The position numbers and the translations under genes were made by a program. This document shows, one piece after another, positions 1-10,733 of a stretch of 64,000 bases of DNA. The DNA lies in contig JAGKWZ010000002.1 in the NCBI GenBank assembly GCA_021151605.1, forward strand, positions 13,896 through 77,895, written 5' to 3'. The stretch's first letter is position 1; each line of letters begins with the position of its first letter. This stretch comes from Verrucomicrobiaceae bacterium (GTDB lineage Bacteria > Verrucomicrobiota > Verrucomicrobiia > Verrucomicrobiales > Verrucomicrobiaceae). The notes beneath the pieces are model-generated. The model made no database searches and was not told where the DNA came from. It saw only the letters and a list, made by a program, of their open reading frames with translations.

Positions 1-2
1 CC

Positions 3-122
3 CGCCTCCCCGCCAACCTTCTCCAGGCTCAACGCGACTTCTTCGGTGCCCACACCTACGAACGCACCGACAAGCCCGAAGGCCAGATGTTCCATACGGA
101 GTGGCCTGAGGTCATTGGCTAA
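3..122 (+). CDS. gnd: 6-phosphogluconate dehydrogenase, C-terminal end (gene starts before the window)
   Basis: Frame 3 reads [39 protein letters not shown], the conserved Gnd C-terminus. Confidence 0.95.
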   Translation, partial: RLPANLLQAQRDFFGAHTYERTDKPEGQMFHTEWPEVIG

Positions 123-151
123 ACGCGCTAATCTCTACTGCAAATATATTT

Positions 152-186
152 AAGGGTTCGATGCCTCTATTGGCATCGAACCTTTT
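152..186 (+). terminator. Intrinsic terminator after gnd
   Basis: Stem GGTTCGATGCC/GGCATCGAACC followed by TTTT. Confidence 0.8.
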
Positions 187-519
187 GCGTTTGGAAAACT
201 TTGAAGTGTCTACCAAACGAAGGATTATCTGGTCACTAGATTCGCCTGCACTGATCCACTCAGAAAGATGAGCCTGTTCGGGAATTTACAGTCAAAACTT
301 GTTTTTCTTTCAAAGAATAAACAGAGCTTTGTATAAAGAAGCGTGGTCAATAAAGAGTTCCACCACTCGATTCTTCCAACGTTAGTGAGATGTGACGCGA
401 ACATCGAAAACTCAGATAGTTTATGCATATACGGCATAAAGTATTTTTAATCTCCTTGGGGTAACCTAAAAAGTGAGTTGAATTGACAGGAGCGCTCACT
501 CTTTGATTAAATACCAATT

Positions 520-1002
520 ATGAGAGCCTGTATCCCTTTTTTTGCGACGTGCTTCGCGGTATCGATGAATATCTTAAGTCATGCTGCAGAAGAAGATGCA
601 GGAAAGGCGTTAGAGTTTAACCTTTCCAATTTGGAGGCACCTGTGGGCACCCTTGAGTTTGCTTCCATGCACGAAGCTGGGCACGTGATCGCAGCTAAAA
701 GCGTTGGTTTCACAGTCAGTGGGGCGACTGTATTCCAGCTCTCAAAGCCAGGTGTTGGACTTTTCTGGAAAGGAACAACTAGAATAAAGGGAAGAGGACG
801 TGGAATGGCCGTAACTAAACTCGGAGGAAATTTTGCAGGGTTCTTTTTGGATCCCTATAATCGCTTTCAGATTCCTAGCTTTTTAGATATCGTCGGAAGT
901 CGAAGCGCGATCAGCAGAACAGACTCTATCACCGACTTTGACTTAGGCGGTGAAAGTTTAACAGAAGCTCAGTATCGTGCGTATAGGGCGCTAACAAGGT
1001 AA
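520..1002 (+). CDS. HExxH metalloprotease-like protein (M41/M50-like), possibly truncated
   Basis: Signal-like N-terminus, HEAGHVIAA motif, short length. Confidence 0.5.
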   Translation: MRACIPFFATCFAVSMNILSHAAEEDAGKALEFNLSNLEAPVGTLEFASMHEAGHVIAAKSVGFTVSGATVFQLSKPGVGLFWKGTTRIKGRGRGMAVTKLGGNFAGFFLDPYNRFQIPSFLDIVGSRSAISRTDSITDFDLGGESLTEAQYRAYRALTR

Positions 1003-1196
1003 CTCAGCAATGTTAAATAGAGTGTACAATTTGTTGAGGACAAAAAAATCATACCCCTAGCAATTAAAGAAGCGCATTAAGAAAATATAACGCAACAGAT
1101 TTTCACAAAAAGACTGTATCTAGCAGAGGCTAGCTTGTGTAATCTTAAAACACGAGTTCGTTGACCAAACACTCCAAAATGGCTTCGAATGTACTA

Positions 1197-1763
1197 CTAC
1201 TCGGGGACAATAATTTGGTCGTCTGGCTGAACTTGGATGTCTACGGAGGGGTCACCTGCGTTATTTGATAAATTATGAACACTGGGGGCTTTCCCGGAAC
1301 GAATAAGTTTGACCTTTTTCATATTTCCAAAAGGCGTTGGCCCACCCGCTGTCATAATTGCCTGCGAGATTGTCATTCCCTGACGATATGCAACGGAACC
1401 TGGTTTGTTCACCCCCGCGACTACAACACTTCTTTTTGTCGGGTCATTTTCTCCACCGTCAATAGAGACGAGCACGGATGGGCGTGTATAAATTTCCTGA
1501 TTTATATAAGTTTGCTCGATTGTTTTTTGGAGTGACGAAGGCTTTAAGCCAACTGCACGTACACTACCAATATACAGCAAGGGGATAGTGCCATCATCTG
1601 ATATCGTGTAGACATTTCGAATTTGGGCTATCTCATTATCAGGTATTCCGCCAATAGAAATAGTAATACGGTCACCCTTCTTCAATGGTAACTCACCTGT
1701 CTGAGCAAATGATGAACACAAACTTAAAAAGAGGACAAATAAAATTAAGTTAGAGTTGGTCAT
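1197..1763 (-). CDS. Polysaccharide export protein (Poly_export + SLBB, Wza-like)
   Basis: Motifs LKKGDRITISI, DDGTIPLLYIGSV, GVNKPG, AGGPTPF, QPDDQIIVPE. Confidence 0.85.
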   Translation of the reverse strand: MTNSNLILFVLFLSLCSSFAQTGELPLKKGDRITISIGGIPDNEIAQIRNVYTISDDGTIPLLYIGSVRAVGLKPSSLQKTIEQTYINQEIYTRPSVLVSIDGGENDPTKRSVVVAGVNKPGSVAYRQGMTISQAIMTAGGPTPFGNMKKVKLIRSGKAPSVHNLSNNAGDPSVDIQVQPDDQIIVPE

Positions 1764-1792
1764 GATATAATTAAATTCTGATTACGACTAGC

Positions 1793-3988
1793 TCAAAAAA
1801 TATCAGCTGGCGGTGGGCTCAAAGACTCTGCAGAACCAATCAGGGCATCATTACTGGATGATTGGCGGAGACGCTTCTTTATTGGCTGCACACTATTAGC
1901 TGCAGGGTGATTGTTTGGTGAGTAATAGGTATAGTAACTCGTATAATACTGATATTGGGAATCGCTCCGGATATCGACATTATTTAAAACCACGCCAATT
2001 ACCCTACCACCTACATTTTCAACAGTTTGCTTAACACGCAAAAGCATGTGGCGTGGTAGTTTTCTGTGCTGGACAACGATAAGTGTTAGATCTGCTTCGT
2101 TACACAAAACGGATGCGTCGCTAACGCCGAGAATTGGCGGTGAGTCTATAAGAACGAGATCAAAACGACTCTTAACTTCAGAAATCAATTCACTCATGCG
2201 CTGGGAATTAAGTATTCCAGCACTATCGGCTGGAAGTAGTCCGCTAGGAAGAAAGTAAAGGTTCTCAATCGGCGTGCGGACGACTACATCTTCCAAGCGT
2301 GAATTTGTTGTCAGATAATTCGTGAGACCGGTTGAATTATTAACATCAAATAAGCGATGAAGACTAGGTCTTCGCAAGTCAGCATCAATTAATAGCACGC
2401 TATATCCTCCTTGTGCACATACCGTTGCAAGGTTACACAAGGTCGTGGATTTACCCTCACCGGCTCCGCCACTTGTAACCGTAATGCAATTTGCTTCTGG
2501 ATTGCGCCTATTGAATTCAAGGTTGGTGCGCAAAATACGATATGCTTCTGCATCAGGATTAAACCCACTACTACGATGCAGAACAGCTATATTTTTGGGA
2601 ACGACAGCCAGAACAGGAACACCGAGAAACTTTTCAACGTCGTCCAGACTCTTTACGGAAGTATCCATATACTCAAGGAAAAAAGCCAGACCTAAACCAA
2701 ACATTAATCCGAGGGCGGCGCCCAAGCTTAAGTTAATTACTACATTAGGTTTTGCTGGGCTTGTTTCCTGTTCTGCTTTTGCATAAATTGTTGCAGGAGT
2801 TTTAACGAGTTCGAGACCAGCTTTGGCTTCTGAATAAGCTTCCTTGAACCTTACCAAGAGTGATTCAATGTACGTGACCTCATCTTTAGCAATTTTGTAT
2901 TCGTTATATGTGTCTCCTTTATCTAACTGTTCCTTATCAGCTAGTTCACTGTAAGCCTTGAGCGCTTCTCGACGTTTCTTTGCTGCTTCCTGACGATTTT
3001 GTAAGCCTTGAATGTGAGATTTTGTTTCTGTCAAAATTAACTCCCTTGATTTCGCTAACTGACTATCAGCGCCGAGCATGAGTGGGTGTTTCTTTCCAAG
3101 ACCCTTTTCGATTAAACCCTCTCTGCTAATTTGCAGTTTTTGATATTCAACGGTCATTCCAGCCAGATTTGGATTATCCAACCTCAGACCAGAGGCTCGA
3201 GCTACAAGTTCATCAGGCGAAAGTTTCAACAACTGTTCAATTTCTGCGCTCAAAGTCTGCACTTCCAGATCAGCTTGGAGTAATGCTTGTTCACGGGAGA
3301 TGGACATTGAGTCCTGACTTGTCTGAATTGTTGCGCCTGGAGTTAGTGATGACCCTCCTCCCAATACCCAATCACCAACTATACCGGCTTTCTTTTTGGC
3401 CTCCTGCATTTTAAACCTAGCCTGGTCACGTAGCCGCTCCTGTTCAGTGATTTGTTTCGCAATACGTTCAAGTTCTTCCTGCTTCTGCTTAGAATCTAGA
3501 TCTGTCCGTTGCTGCATGTAGCTAGAAGCTATGGCATTTGCAATTTCTGCAGCAGTTTTCGAATCTTGATCAAAGTATTCAATAACGACGAAGTCGGATC
3601 TGACACTGTATTGAGTGTCTAAGTTATTCATTAACCTAGCCAATGTTGCCTGCCTAGTAGGTAAAGCCCAGCGGGCTTGGAGATCTAACTTATTAACTAC
3701 GATATATAAAGTCTCTGGTTTCTTGATGGTTTCGAATTCGTTTTTGATCGCAATATCACTGGGCCCCAAAAGTTCGCCCCCGCTACGGTTGAAGACTTCG
3801 ACTTTTGTGGGAAGTCGTTCAATTTTCATGTCGACTCGACCTCTGTATTTGCGTGGCATGATATATGTAATCATCGCCGCAGTCGTAAATACGAGGAGGA
3901 AGCACAGGCATATCAACCCAAATCGATTCCGAACAACTTGCCAGGAATCAATTGTCTGTGAGTGTATTTGGTTATCAACCTCGTTCAT
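1793..3988 (-). CDS. wzc: Polysaccharide co-polymerase / BY-kinase (Wzc-like)
   Basis: Two TM segments around a coiled-coil periplasmic region; Walker A GAGEGKST, DADLRRP, IDSPP; Tyr-rich tail YQYYTSYYTYYS. Confidence 0.9.
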   Translation of the reverse strand: MNEVDNQIHSQTIDSWQVVRNRFGLICLCFLLVFTTAAMITYIMPRKYRGRVDMKIERLPTKVEVFNRSGGELLGPSDIAIKNEFETIKKPETLYIVVNKLDLQARWALPTRQATLARLMNNLDTQYSVRSDFVVIEYFDQDSKTAAEIANAIASSYMQQRTDLDSKQKQEELERIAKQITEQERLRDQARFKMQEAKKKAGIVGDWVLGGGSSLTPGATIQTSQDSMSISREQALLQADLEVQTLSAEIEQLLKLSPDELVARASGLRLDNPNLAGMTVEYQKLQISREGLIEKGLGKKHPLMLGADSQLAKSRELILTETKSHIQGLQNRQEAAKKRREALKAYSELADKEQLDKGDTYNEYKIAKDEVTYIESLLVRFKEAYSEAKAGLELVKTPATIYAKAEQETSPAKPNVVINLSLGAALGLMFGLGLAFFLEYMDTSVKSLDDVEKFLGVPVLAVVPKNIAVLHRSSGFNPDAEAYRILRTNLEFNRRNPEANCITVTSGGAGEGKSTTLCNLATVCAQGGYSVLLIDADLRRPSLHRLFDVNNSTGLTNYLTTNSRLEDVVVRTPIENLYFLPSGLLPADSAGILNSQRMSELISEVKSRFDLVLIDSPPILGVSDASVLCNEADLTLIVVQHRKLPRHMLLRVKQTVENVGGRVIGVVLNNVDIRSDSQYQYYTSYYTYYSPNNHPAANSVQPIKKRLRQSSSNDALIGSAESLSPPPADIF

Positions 3989-4063
3989 GGTTGATTGAAT
4001 CTATTGAATGGCAGAAAACTTAACCCTGTAATCGCCATCTGATAATATTCGAGCTTCAGATTA

Positions 4064-5266
4064 TCAGAAGGACGCAGTTACTCCTAATGAGATATTGTTG
4101 CGCTGAAATTCACGAGCAACGTTATCAGAATTTAGAATTGAATATGTGTACGCAGCATCTAGCGCTAGGTTATCGGTGAAACTATAGCTTACGCCAGCAG
4201 ACATCAATAATGAATGCTCTGTAACATCTTGCAGCACAGACCCGCCATCAAAGTTGCTGTAGGCATACTGGACTCCTGAATTGATACCAAGCTTTTTGTT
4301 GATTCTATGGTTTATATTTAGACCTGTCCTGAGAGAGTACCGACTTTGGTAGGAACCCAATTCGGCACCATCAAACCCAAGAGCTCCGAACCAACGCACC
4401 TGAGTTTGTTTCGCAAGAGCATAGTTCAGGGCAACTTCGGAGTATGGTGCTGTATTGTTCGATCGAGCAGAACGGAAAAACTCAGCGCCTGCGCGGAAGG
4501 AACCTGTGAATCTTTGACTCCAAGCGTAATCAACGCCGGCTAGAGCAAAGTGAGACTGGAAGTCTTTGAGGCTGGCCGATGCAAACTTAGTGTTTCGATA
4601 ACGATACTCGGCTGCCAAACTCATCTGTTTATTCAAGGCATAAGAGAATTGTTGGGCTACCAAGTGCGTCAGTCTATCCTCTGCATCTGAGACGATATCA
4701 TCTTCATAACGAACTCCATCGACCGTATAAGAGGTAGTGGTCGAAAATCGTTGCGACCACGCATAGCTCATATTAAAGTTATTAAAACCATACAAATATT
4801 GGCCATTGAAGAGAGATGTGGTTCCACCCATCGCAATATTTGGCTGAGCCTCGTAGGTCAAAAAGAAGTTGTTACTAATCTTGAGACGCTGTGAGATTTG
4901 ATGAGAGATGTTGAACGCAACACGAGCGTTATAAAATGTGTCGTTGTAGCGAGCAATATTGTCGAGGTAGTGCACCGTTCCAATATCGACAGCAACGCTC
5001 CAAGGTGTAGTTTGGTCGGCGTCTTTGTAAGTGGCACCTAAGCCACCCTGGACGTAATACGATTCGAAATTATCGAATCCAGGCGATGAAAGACCATAAT
5101 CCAGAACGTCATATCCAGTGCGAGTAGACAAACTCCAAGTTAATGGCTCATCTGCTTCGAAATCTCCTGAATAATTTTGAATTCCTACGAGGCCTTGCGC
5201 CTTTGAGACAATAGGATTCAGTACAGATAAAATTGCAATAACCAACAAGGGTGCATGTTTGCTCAT
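4064..5266 (-). CDS. Outer-membrane beta-barrel protein (EPS-export associated)
   Basis: Signal peptide, alternating Tyr-rich strands, C-terminal Phe (GVTASF), adjacent to wzc. Confidence 0.8.
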   Translation of the reverse strand: MSKHAPLLVIAILSVLNPIVSKAQGLVGIQNYSGDFEADEPLTWSLSTRTGYDVLDYGLSSPGFDNFESYYVQGGLGATYKDADQTTPWSVAVDIGTVHYLDNIARYNDTFYNARVAFNISHQISQRLKISNNFFLTYEAQPNIAMGGTTSLFNGQYLYGFNNFNMSYAWSQRFSTTTSYTVDGVRYEDDIVSDAEDRLTHLVAQQFSYALNKQMSLAAEYRYRNTKFASASLKDFQSHFALAGVDYAWSQRFTGSFRAGAEFFRSARSNNTAPYSEVALNYALAKQTQVRWFGALGFDGAELGSYQSRYSLRTGLNINHRINKKLGINSGVQYAYSNFDGGSVLQDVTEHSLLMSAGVSYSFTDNLALDAAYTYSILNSDNVAREFQRNNISLGVTASF

Positions 5267-5307
5267 AGCGGATGTGAACAGTTAGTTATTTAATCCTTAG
5301 CAATTAA

Positions 5308-5862
5308 TTAAGGATAAATAGGAGTGGATTGCGTCGCTGAGATGCCATCCTTGTCGGTTGTTCGCGGCAGAAATCCCCCTGCAGGTGCCTGCATCAAATA
5401 AACTCCTCTAACTGGGACAATAGGTTCAGGACTTTCTAATTCTGTCTCTGGTTCAGGGCTTTCCAGGTTTACGTTTTTTGAGTCTTTTCCAGAAGCAGTG
5501 GCGGTCACTTGTGTGTTTATAATGCCGGACCCAGCCATTTTTGCGCAATCGATAATGGTAGCAGACTGCTTTGGGACAACAGAAATGGCCGTTTGAACGA
5601 TTTGGGTAACGAGTTGCTGGTCAGCCTTGGAGGCAGTAATAGCGGCCGCGATGATTTCGCAAACACAGCTTTCATTGATCACAAGGGCATCTTCAACAAT
5701 CATCAGCACTTTACCAGGCTCCTTAAGAACTGCAGCAGTCACGTTTGCTGCGATGCCAGTGCAATCTTTCAATGAATCAGCCTGTACGCTAACTCCCATC
5801 ACACTAAGGCCGAACGCGATAGAAACAAAAGGAGATAGAATTTGTCGTGATAAGGCATTCAT
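5308..5862 (-). CDS. Secreted hypothetical protein with Cys pairs
   Basis: Signal peptide, SCVCEII helical repeats, co-oriented with the operon. Confidence 0.7.
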   Translation of the reverse strand: MNALSRQILSPFVSIAFGLSVMGVSVQADSLKDCTGIAANVTAAVLKEPGKVLMIVEDALVINESCVCEIIAAAITASKADQQLVTQIVQTAISVVPKQSATIIDCAKMAGSGIINTQVTATASGKDSKNVNLESPEPETELESPEPIVPVRGVYLMQAPAGGFLPRTTDKDGISATQSTPIYP

Positions 5863-5887
5863 GGCGGATGAAGAACGATAAAATTAA

Positions 5888-5961
5888 TGGAGCGGGTAGT
5901 GGGAATCGAACCCACATGGCTAGCTTGGAAGGCTAGAACTTTACCACTAAGCTATACCCGC
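5888..5961 (-). tRNA. tRNA-Gly (anticodon TCC)
   Basis: Reverse complement GCGGGTATAGCTTAGTGGTAAAG...CTTCCAA...GGTTCGATTCCC ACTACCCGCTCCA; T-loop, anticodon TCC and encoded CCA present. Confidence 0.97.
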
Positions 5962-6239
5962 GATCAATTAATCATACGCGCAGATGAAATGATTGCACGA
6001 AAAAAATCAAAAAAATACAACTACTCGCATATCAATAATTTTCACAAACAAAGAAATGTAAGCAGATCTATATCTGATATTTGAGGAAAAAAAGCAAGTG
6101 CAAGTTAAAGAAACAGTTTTGTTTAGCGGCCTGAATTGAGGAAAAATTCAAAAAATAACAAAACATTTGAAACAAAATTCGAACCATTCACCAACTTGGA
6201 TTAATGTGAAGGTAGCCTAAAAATATACTGGTTCGCTGC

Positions 6240-7480
6240 TGAAAAAAACGTATTCGATTAATTTTTTTGGCTACTAGTCTTTAATTTCGCTGCGGCAGAA
6301 AATTCAGAACTCGGGAGTACAATCTCAAATTCATATCAACAGCTTGATGTCAGTTTGAAAAAGGTACTCGAGATTCCTGAAGAAGAGGAGAGACACTAAC
6401 AACTGAAAAAGCTTGGATATCAATTTGCGGACAATGCCCCAAAAAAGGGTGGGCTTTGCCTGCTACAGAATTTGATATAGCAGCAGATAAAGAAACGTTT
6501 GCAATGGCACTTCTGCGGCGATGGGGGAGTGCCAAACCTGAGGACGCTTTAAAGGCGTGCAATAACTTGCCTGAGGGAGAGGAGCGTCTTTTAGCTTACA
6601 CGTCCGCTCTAATTGGGTGGACAAAGGTAGACCCAAGAGCAGCCTCCGAATGGGTGACTGCAAATTTGAATTCAATTTATCGAATAACGGCAGCTGGTGC
6701 AGTGGGTAGAACTTGGGTGAAAAAAGATACAGAAGATGCTGCAAGGTGGGCATCTGCGTGGCCGGATGAAATTGAGAAATTATTTATATTAGGGGAAGTA
6801 TTGGAAGATTGGGGGGTAGAGTATGGTCAAGAAGCGGCCGAGTGGCTAGGAATAATGGCTGATGAGAAAATGAAGGATCTCATGATGTCGAAAATGATAC
6901 TGAAATGGGGAGGAAATTATCCAAAATACGCTTCAGATTGATGCTAAACAATTAAGCCCATAGTTGGCTGTTACCACGAGTAATTGCGGAATGGTCAAAA
7001 TATGTCCACAAAATTGCTTCTATTTGGAGTGCAAGGTTGCTTTGTAACAGAATGGGTGGATTACGACCCGCGTAGGTCTTATGCTTGTATTAAGGCAGAG
7101 TTATAAGGCAATCACCAGTCGATGGCGTGCTTCAAATTTGGGCTCAGGAATACCCGAAAGATGCGCTAAACTTGATTACTGAAATGTTGCCTATCCCAGA
7201 ACGAGCGCAAGCCCTTGAGATCATCATACAAACTTGGAGCATCTCAGATACTGGGCGTTTTAGTTGATGGTTGAGCGATCAAAGACCGGGCCTTGAGAAG
7301 GATTTGGGTTTGGAACAGTTGGCACGAATATTGATCACTGCAGATCCTCACTCCGCAATGAAGGCCGCACTCTCAATTGGAAACCCGATCAGGCAAGGGG
7401 AGGTCAGCAATCAGTTGCTGGAGCAATGGAAGACGGCAGCCCAAGCTGAAGCGGCGAAATGGAAACCTGAAAAATTTTGA
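6240..7480 (+). pseudogene. Decayed secreted helical-repeat protein (DP..A..W repeats)
   Basis: Fragments 6456-6941 and 7271-7480 share W/DP-rich repeats; in-frame TAA at 6397, a frameshift near the poly-A at ~6445, more stops after 6941. Confidence 0.7.
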
Positions 7481-7757
7481 TAATGCCCAAGGTCGTGAGG
7501 CGTGGGTTTACAGATGGTGAGGAGATCCAAGCGGAAGGCGGACGGTGACAAGGAGGTTACGGCTACCGCGCTGAAGCACTGACGGCATCGCTGGCCTCAT
7601 CTCGTTACGTTTGATGCGTCCTGCGCTGTACCTTAAGAGAGCTTCAGCGCGGGGTGTATGTGTGCCTGATCTTGAATCAGATAGGTGAGCTTATCAGGTG
7701 TCCAATCGGAGAAGGGTAAGGAGCAGGGCAAACAGCATTAAACTAGTTAAACGTGGG

Positions 7758-9104
7758 CTACAACAAGGCTGGCAGTGAAAGAACGAATTCATTCCATTGG
7801 CCATCGGACCGCACTAGGATGAGGTCGCCACCGTGGGAGCGGGCGAGTGCGAGAGCGATGTTGAGCCCGAGACCATGGCCGCTTTGGTTTTCACCCACCT
7901 TTGAACCGCGACGGAAGCGCTCGAAGATGCCTTCACGGTCTTCCTCAGGCAAGGCGGGGCCGGTGTTGGCGACAGAGAAGCGGGCTTGATTCCCATCACG
8001 CTTCACCGTTAGCCGGACGCGACCTCCATCCGGGGTGTATTTGGCAGCGTTCTCGACGAGGTTTTGCACGATGATCGCCAGATGGCGGCGGTCGGCACAG
8101 ACGGTGATGCCGGTTTCGATCTCGCTCTCCACTTCGAGCCGCCCGTAAGTGAGCGTCTCCAAGTCATCAAGCGCTGAAGCAGCGAGATCGGCGAGATCAA
8201 AGGGCTGGCTCTCCAGACTGAGGCGACGCGCGTCCGTGCGCGCAAGCAGGAGCAGATCCTGAATGAGTCCCGTGAGCCGGCGCACCTGCCGCAGCAGAGT
8301 TTCCACCTCCGTCTTGCCATCACCATCCAGATGCTCACCATCACGCAGAGACTCCAATCCAGCGCGCAGCACGGCCACGGGTGTTTTTAGCTGATGCGAG
8401 GCATCGGCGGAGAAACGAGTCGCGGCCTCATACGAGGCATTCAGCCGCGCGAAGGCATCATTCAAAACCACGGTCAGTCGCGCGATCTCGTCATCTGCCT
8501 CCGGCATAGGCAGTCGCTCGGCAAGGTTCTCCACCGAGATGCTCTCCGCTGCTGCTGACAGCGCCGCCACAGGAGCCACGGCTTTTTTCCCCAGCCACAG
8601 GCCGCCGGCAAAAACCATGAGCCCAACCAACGGTAGCGTCGTCAGCAGGCCGATGGCCACGTCTTGGAGAAAGTCCTCCACAGGCTCGAGACTCACGGCA
8701 ACGTGGATGGTGTAGTTCGGCTCGCGAAAACTGCCCGCACGGCAAGCCTGCCCGGCGATCTGGATGGTGCGAAAGCCGAGCGCGCCTTCGATGCTAAGGC
8801 CACGCAGATTCGCCGAATGATACACGGTCTGCCCCTCCGGTCCCTGGATCATGAGGAAGTGCTCGCGCATGTCCACGGGCACAAATTTCATGCTCAGCGC
8901 GTGGCGCGGATTCACCGGTGCACCACGAAAGTTTTGCAGGTCGCGCACCAACTCGGAGGAGCTTTCGCGCAGGCTGTCATCCACCTCATGGATCTGGCGG
9001 AAGTAGATGAAGGTCATCAGCGCCACCGCACCGACGACGAGCGTCAGCATCGTGAGCGCTGCGGAGTAAACGCCGACCTTGATCTTGAGCGGCCAGCGTT
9101 TCAT
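7758..9104 (-). CDS. Sensor histidine kinase (HAMP-HisKA-HATPase; CusS/CzcS-like architecture)
   Basis: Two TM segments, HAMP, ASHQLKTP H-box, NLVENAAKY, GHGLGL. Confidence 0.93.
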   Translation of the reverse strand: MKRWPLKIKVGVYSAALTMLTLVVGAVALMTFIYFRQIHEVDDSLRESSSELVRDLQNFRGAPVNPRHALSMKFVPVDMREHFLMIQGPEGQTVYHSANLRGLSIEGALGFRTIQIAGQACRAGSFREPNYTIHVAVSLEPVEDFLQDVAIGLLTTLPLVGLMVFAGGLWLGKKAVAPVAALSAAAESISVENLAERLPMPEADDEIARLTVVLNDAFARLNASYEAATRFSADASHQLKTPVAVLRAGLESLRDGEHLDGDGKTEVETLLRQVRRLTGLIQDLLLLARTDARRLSLESQPFDLADLAASALDDLETLTYGRLEVESEIETGITVCADRRHLAIIVQNLVENAAKYTPDGGRVRLTVKRDGNQARFSVANTGPALPEEDREGIFERFRRGSKVGENQSGHGLGLNIALALARSHGGDLILVRSDGQWNEFVLSLPALL

Positions 9105-9778
9105 TCCGGTTTGATCATTTGGTAGCCGACACCGCGCACCGTCTGTATTAGCGCAGGCCGACCATCAACCTCCAACTTTTTGCGCAGACGCATGATGAAT
9201 ATCTCCACCGTGCGCGTGTCATACTGGTGCTCGCGCTGCCAGATGCGTTCGCAGATTTCATCGCGGGTGAAAACACGACCCGGCTCGCGCATGAAGATCT
9301 GCAGCACCTCAAACTCGCGCGGGGACAGCTCGATCTTCTCGCCATGACGAGTCACTTTGCGATGCGGCACATCCATGACGACATCGTCAACTTCCAGCAC
9401 ATCGGACTCTTTGAGCGCCCCACCACGACGACCGAGTACACTCACGCGTGCCACCAGCTCATCCATGGAGAAAGGCTTCGCCAGATAGTCATCGGCACCG
9501 GAGGTGAGACCCTTCACGCGACTCTCTACATCACCACGAGCCGTGAGGATGATGACGCGTGAGTCGATGTGTTGCTTTCTCAAGCGCTCCAGCACGGAGA
9601 AGCCATCCAACGAGGGTAGATTCAGATCCAGCACGATGAGGTCCGGCTTCGTATCGAGCGCTGCGTTCAAGCCCTGAAGACCATCCTGCTTCACCGCCGT
9701 CGTGTGGCCTCGGCGTGTCAAAGCCCCCGCGATGTGGCGGGCGAGATCGGGTTCATCTTCGATAACTAAAATGCGCAT
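9101..9778 (-). CDS. OmpR-family response regulator
   Basis: EDE...LDLNLP...GADDYLAKPF; winged-helix end TVRGVGY; overlaps the kinase start. Confidence 0.95.
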   Translation of the reverse strand: MRILVIEDEPDLARHIAGALTRRGHTTAVKQDGLQGLNAALDTKPDLIVLDLNLPSLDGFSVLERLRKQHIDSRVIILTARGDVESRVKGLTSGADDYLAKPFSMDELVARVSVLGRRGGALKESDVLEVDDVVMDVPHRKVTRHGEKIELSPREFEVLQIFMREPGRVFTRDEICERIWQREHQYDTRTVEIFIMRLRKKLEVDGRPALIQTVRGVGYQMIKPE

Positions 9779-10002
9779 GGGACAGGATGGGAATGTGGAG
9801 TGCAGTTAGAACTGCTGCAAACGCACAACCTAGGACCATCATCATTCGCGATGAACTGACAAACCGTAACAGAGTGGTTGGAATTGAAATCAACCCTCTG
9901 AATAAGCCTATTTTGCGCTATGAACATGATCTTTTGGCAATCTTGGATCGAATGCATTGCATATCTTTCAACTGCCCACACCTTTGCCGCCCTTCACTCG
10001 CA

Positions 10003-10491
10003 ATGCACCTCGCCCGCCGTTTCATCGCCACTCTGCTTCTGCTGACCTATGTCAGCTCGGGCACGTCGTTGGTGCCTGCGGTGATGGCCATGGCGGCTGA
10101 GTTGGAAGGTAGCCACGAAAGCCGTGTGCGACTCGGTGATAGCGGTGCGCAGGTCGTGCTGCATCATCGACAGAGCGAGTTCACACCTGCCGTGAATGAT
10201 CACGTTCGTGGTCTCGCGCGAGTGTTGGTCAGCCTCTGCCAATCTGACCGCGAGGGCGACCATCAGATGACCACTGCGCAGCTTGGTGGTCTAACTGGCG
10301 TGGAGCGCGAGGAGATCTCGAAGGCACGCTCGGGCGATGCTTTATTCAACGCCCAGGCCACCTCCGAATGGCTGTTTTTGCAGCAACGATCCAAGCCGCT
10401 CGTGACTCGCGAGCAGCCGTCGTTTCCACTACCGTTTCTGATTTCCCACAAGCCCCCCTCACTGCTGACTACGATTCAGCTTTTGATCTGA
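10003..10491 (+). CDS. His-rich leader-like hypothetical protein, copy 1 (162 aa)
   Basis: ATG 10003 aligns with the paralog at 16682; hydrophobic N-terminus; GSH, LHHR, DH, LC, GDH; ends TIQLLI. Confidence 0.8.
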   Translation: MHLARRFIATLLLLTYVSSGTSLVPAVMAMAAELEGSHESRVRLGDSGAQVVLHHRQSEFTPAVNDHVRGLARVLVSLCQSDREGDHQMTTAQLGGLTGVEREEISKARSGDALFNAQATSEWLFLQQRSKPLVTREQPSFPLPFLISHKPPSLLTTIQLLI

Positions 10492-10733
10492 GGTAGAGAC
10501 TGAGTGCCATGAGCGTGCGGCTTTTGATCCGACGCGGCACAACTCTGGGATGACGCAGCCCTTATCCGTGGCCGCGCTCGCATCTCACGGCGCATCTAAC
10601 TGCGCATGGCATCACGGCGCCTTTCGCCCACGCCAGGAAATCCAACCACTTAGTTACGCTCGAGAAATTCCCATCTCGAAACCATCGGCGAAGAATACTG
10701 CCGAATTACGGATTCAAAACACCCGCTTAGTTT

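Noticed and set aside
172-183. ATCGAACC match to the tRNA T-arm as a possible att site
   Set aside because: Only 8 bp and part of the gnd terminator stem; no integrase present.
715-730. SGAT in the 520-1002 protein as a flavinylation site
   Set aside because: No upstream Asp and far from apbE; likely chance.
5887-6084. 65-aa ORF MERVVGIEPT...
   Set aside because: It is the antisense reading of tRNA-Gly.
7545-7635. Possible PIN-toxin remnant (HLVTFDA)
   Set aside because: Too short and interrupted by a stop to support.
9787-10002. N-terminal extension of the 234-aa ORF
   Set aside because: The paralog aligns only from ATG 10003; this stretch is the divergent promoter region.
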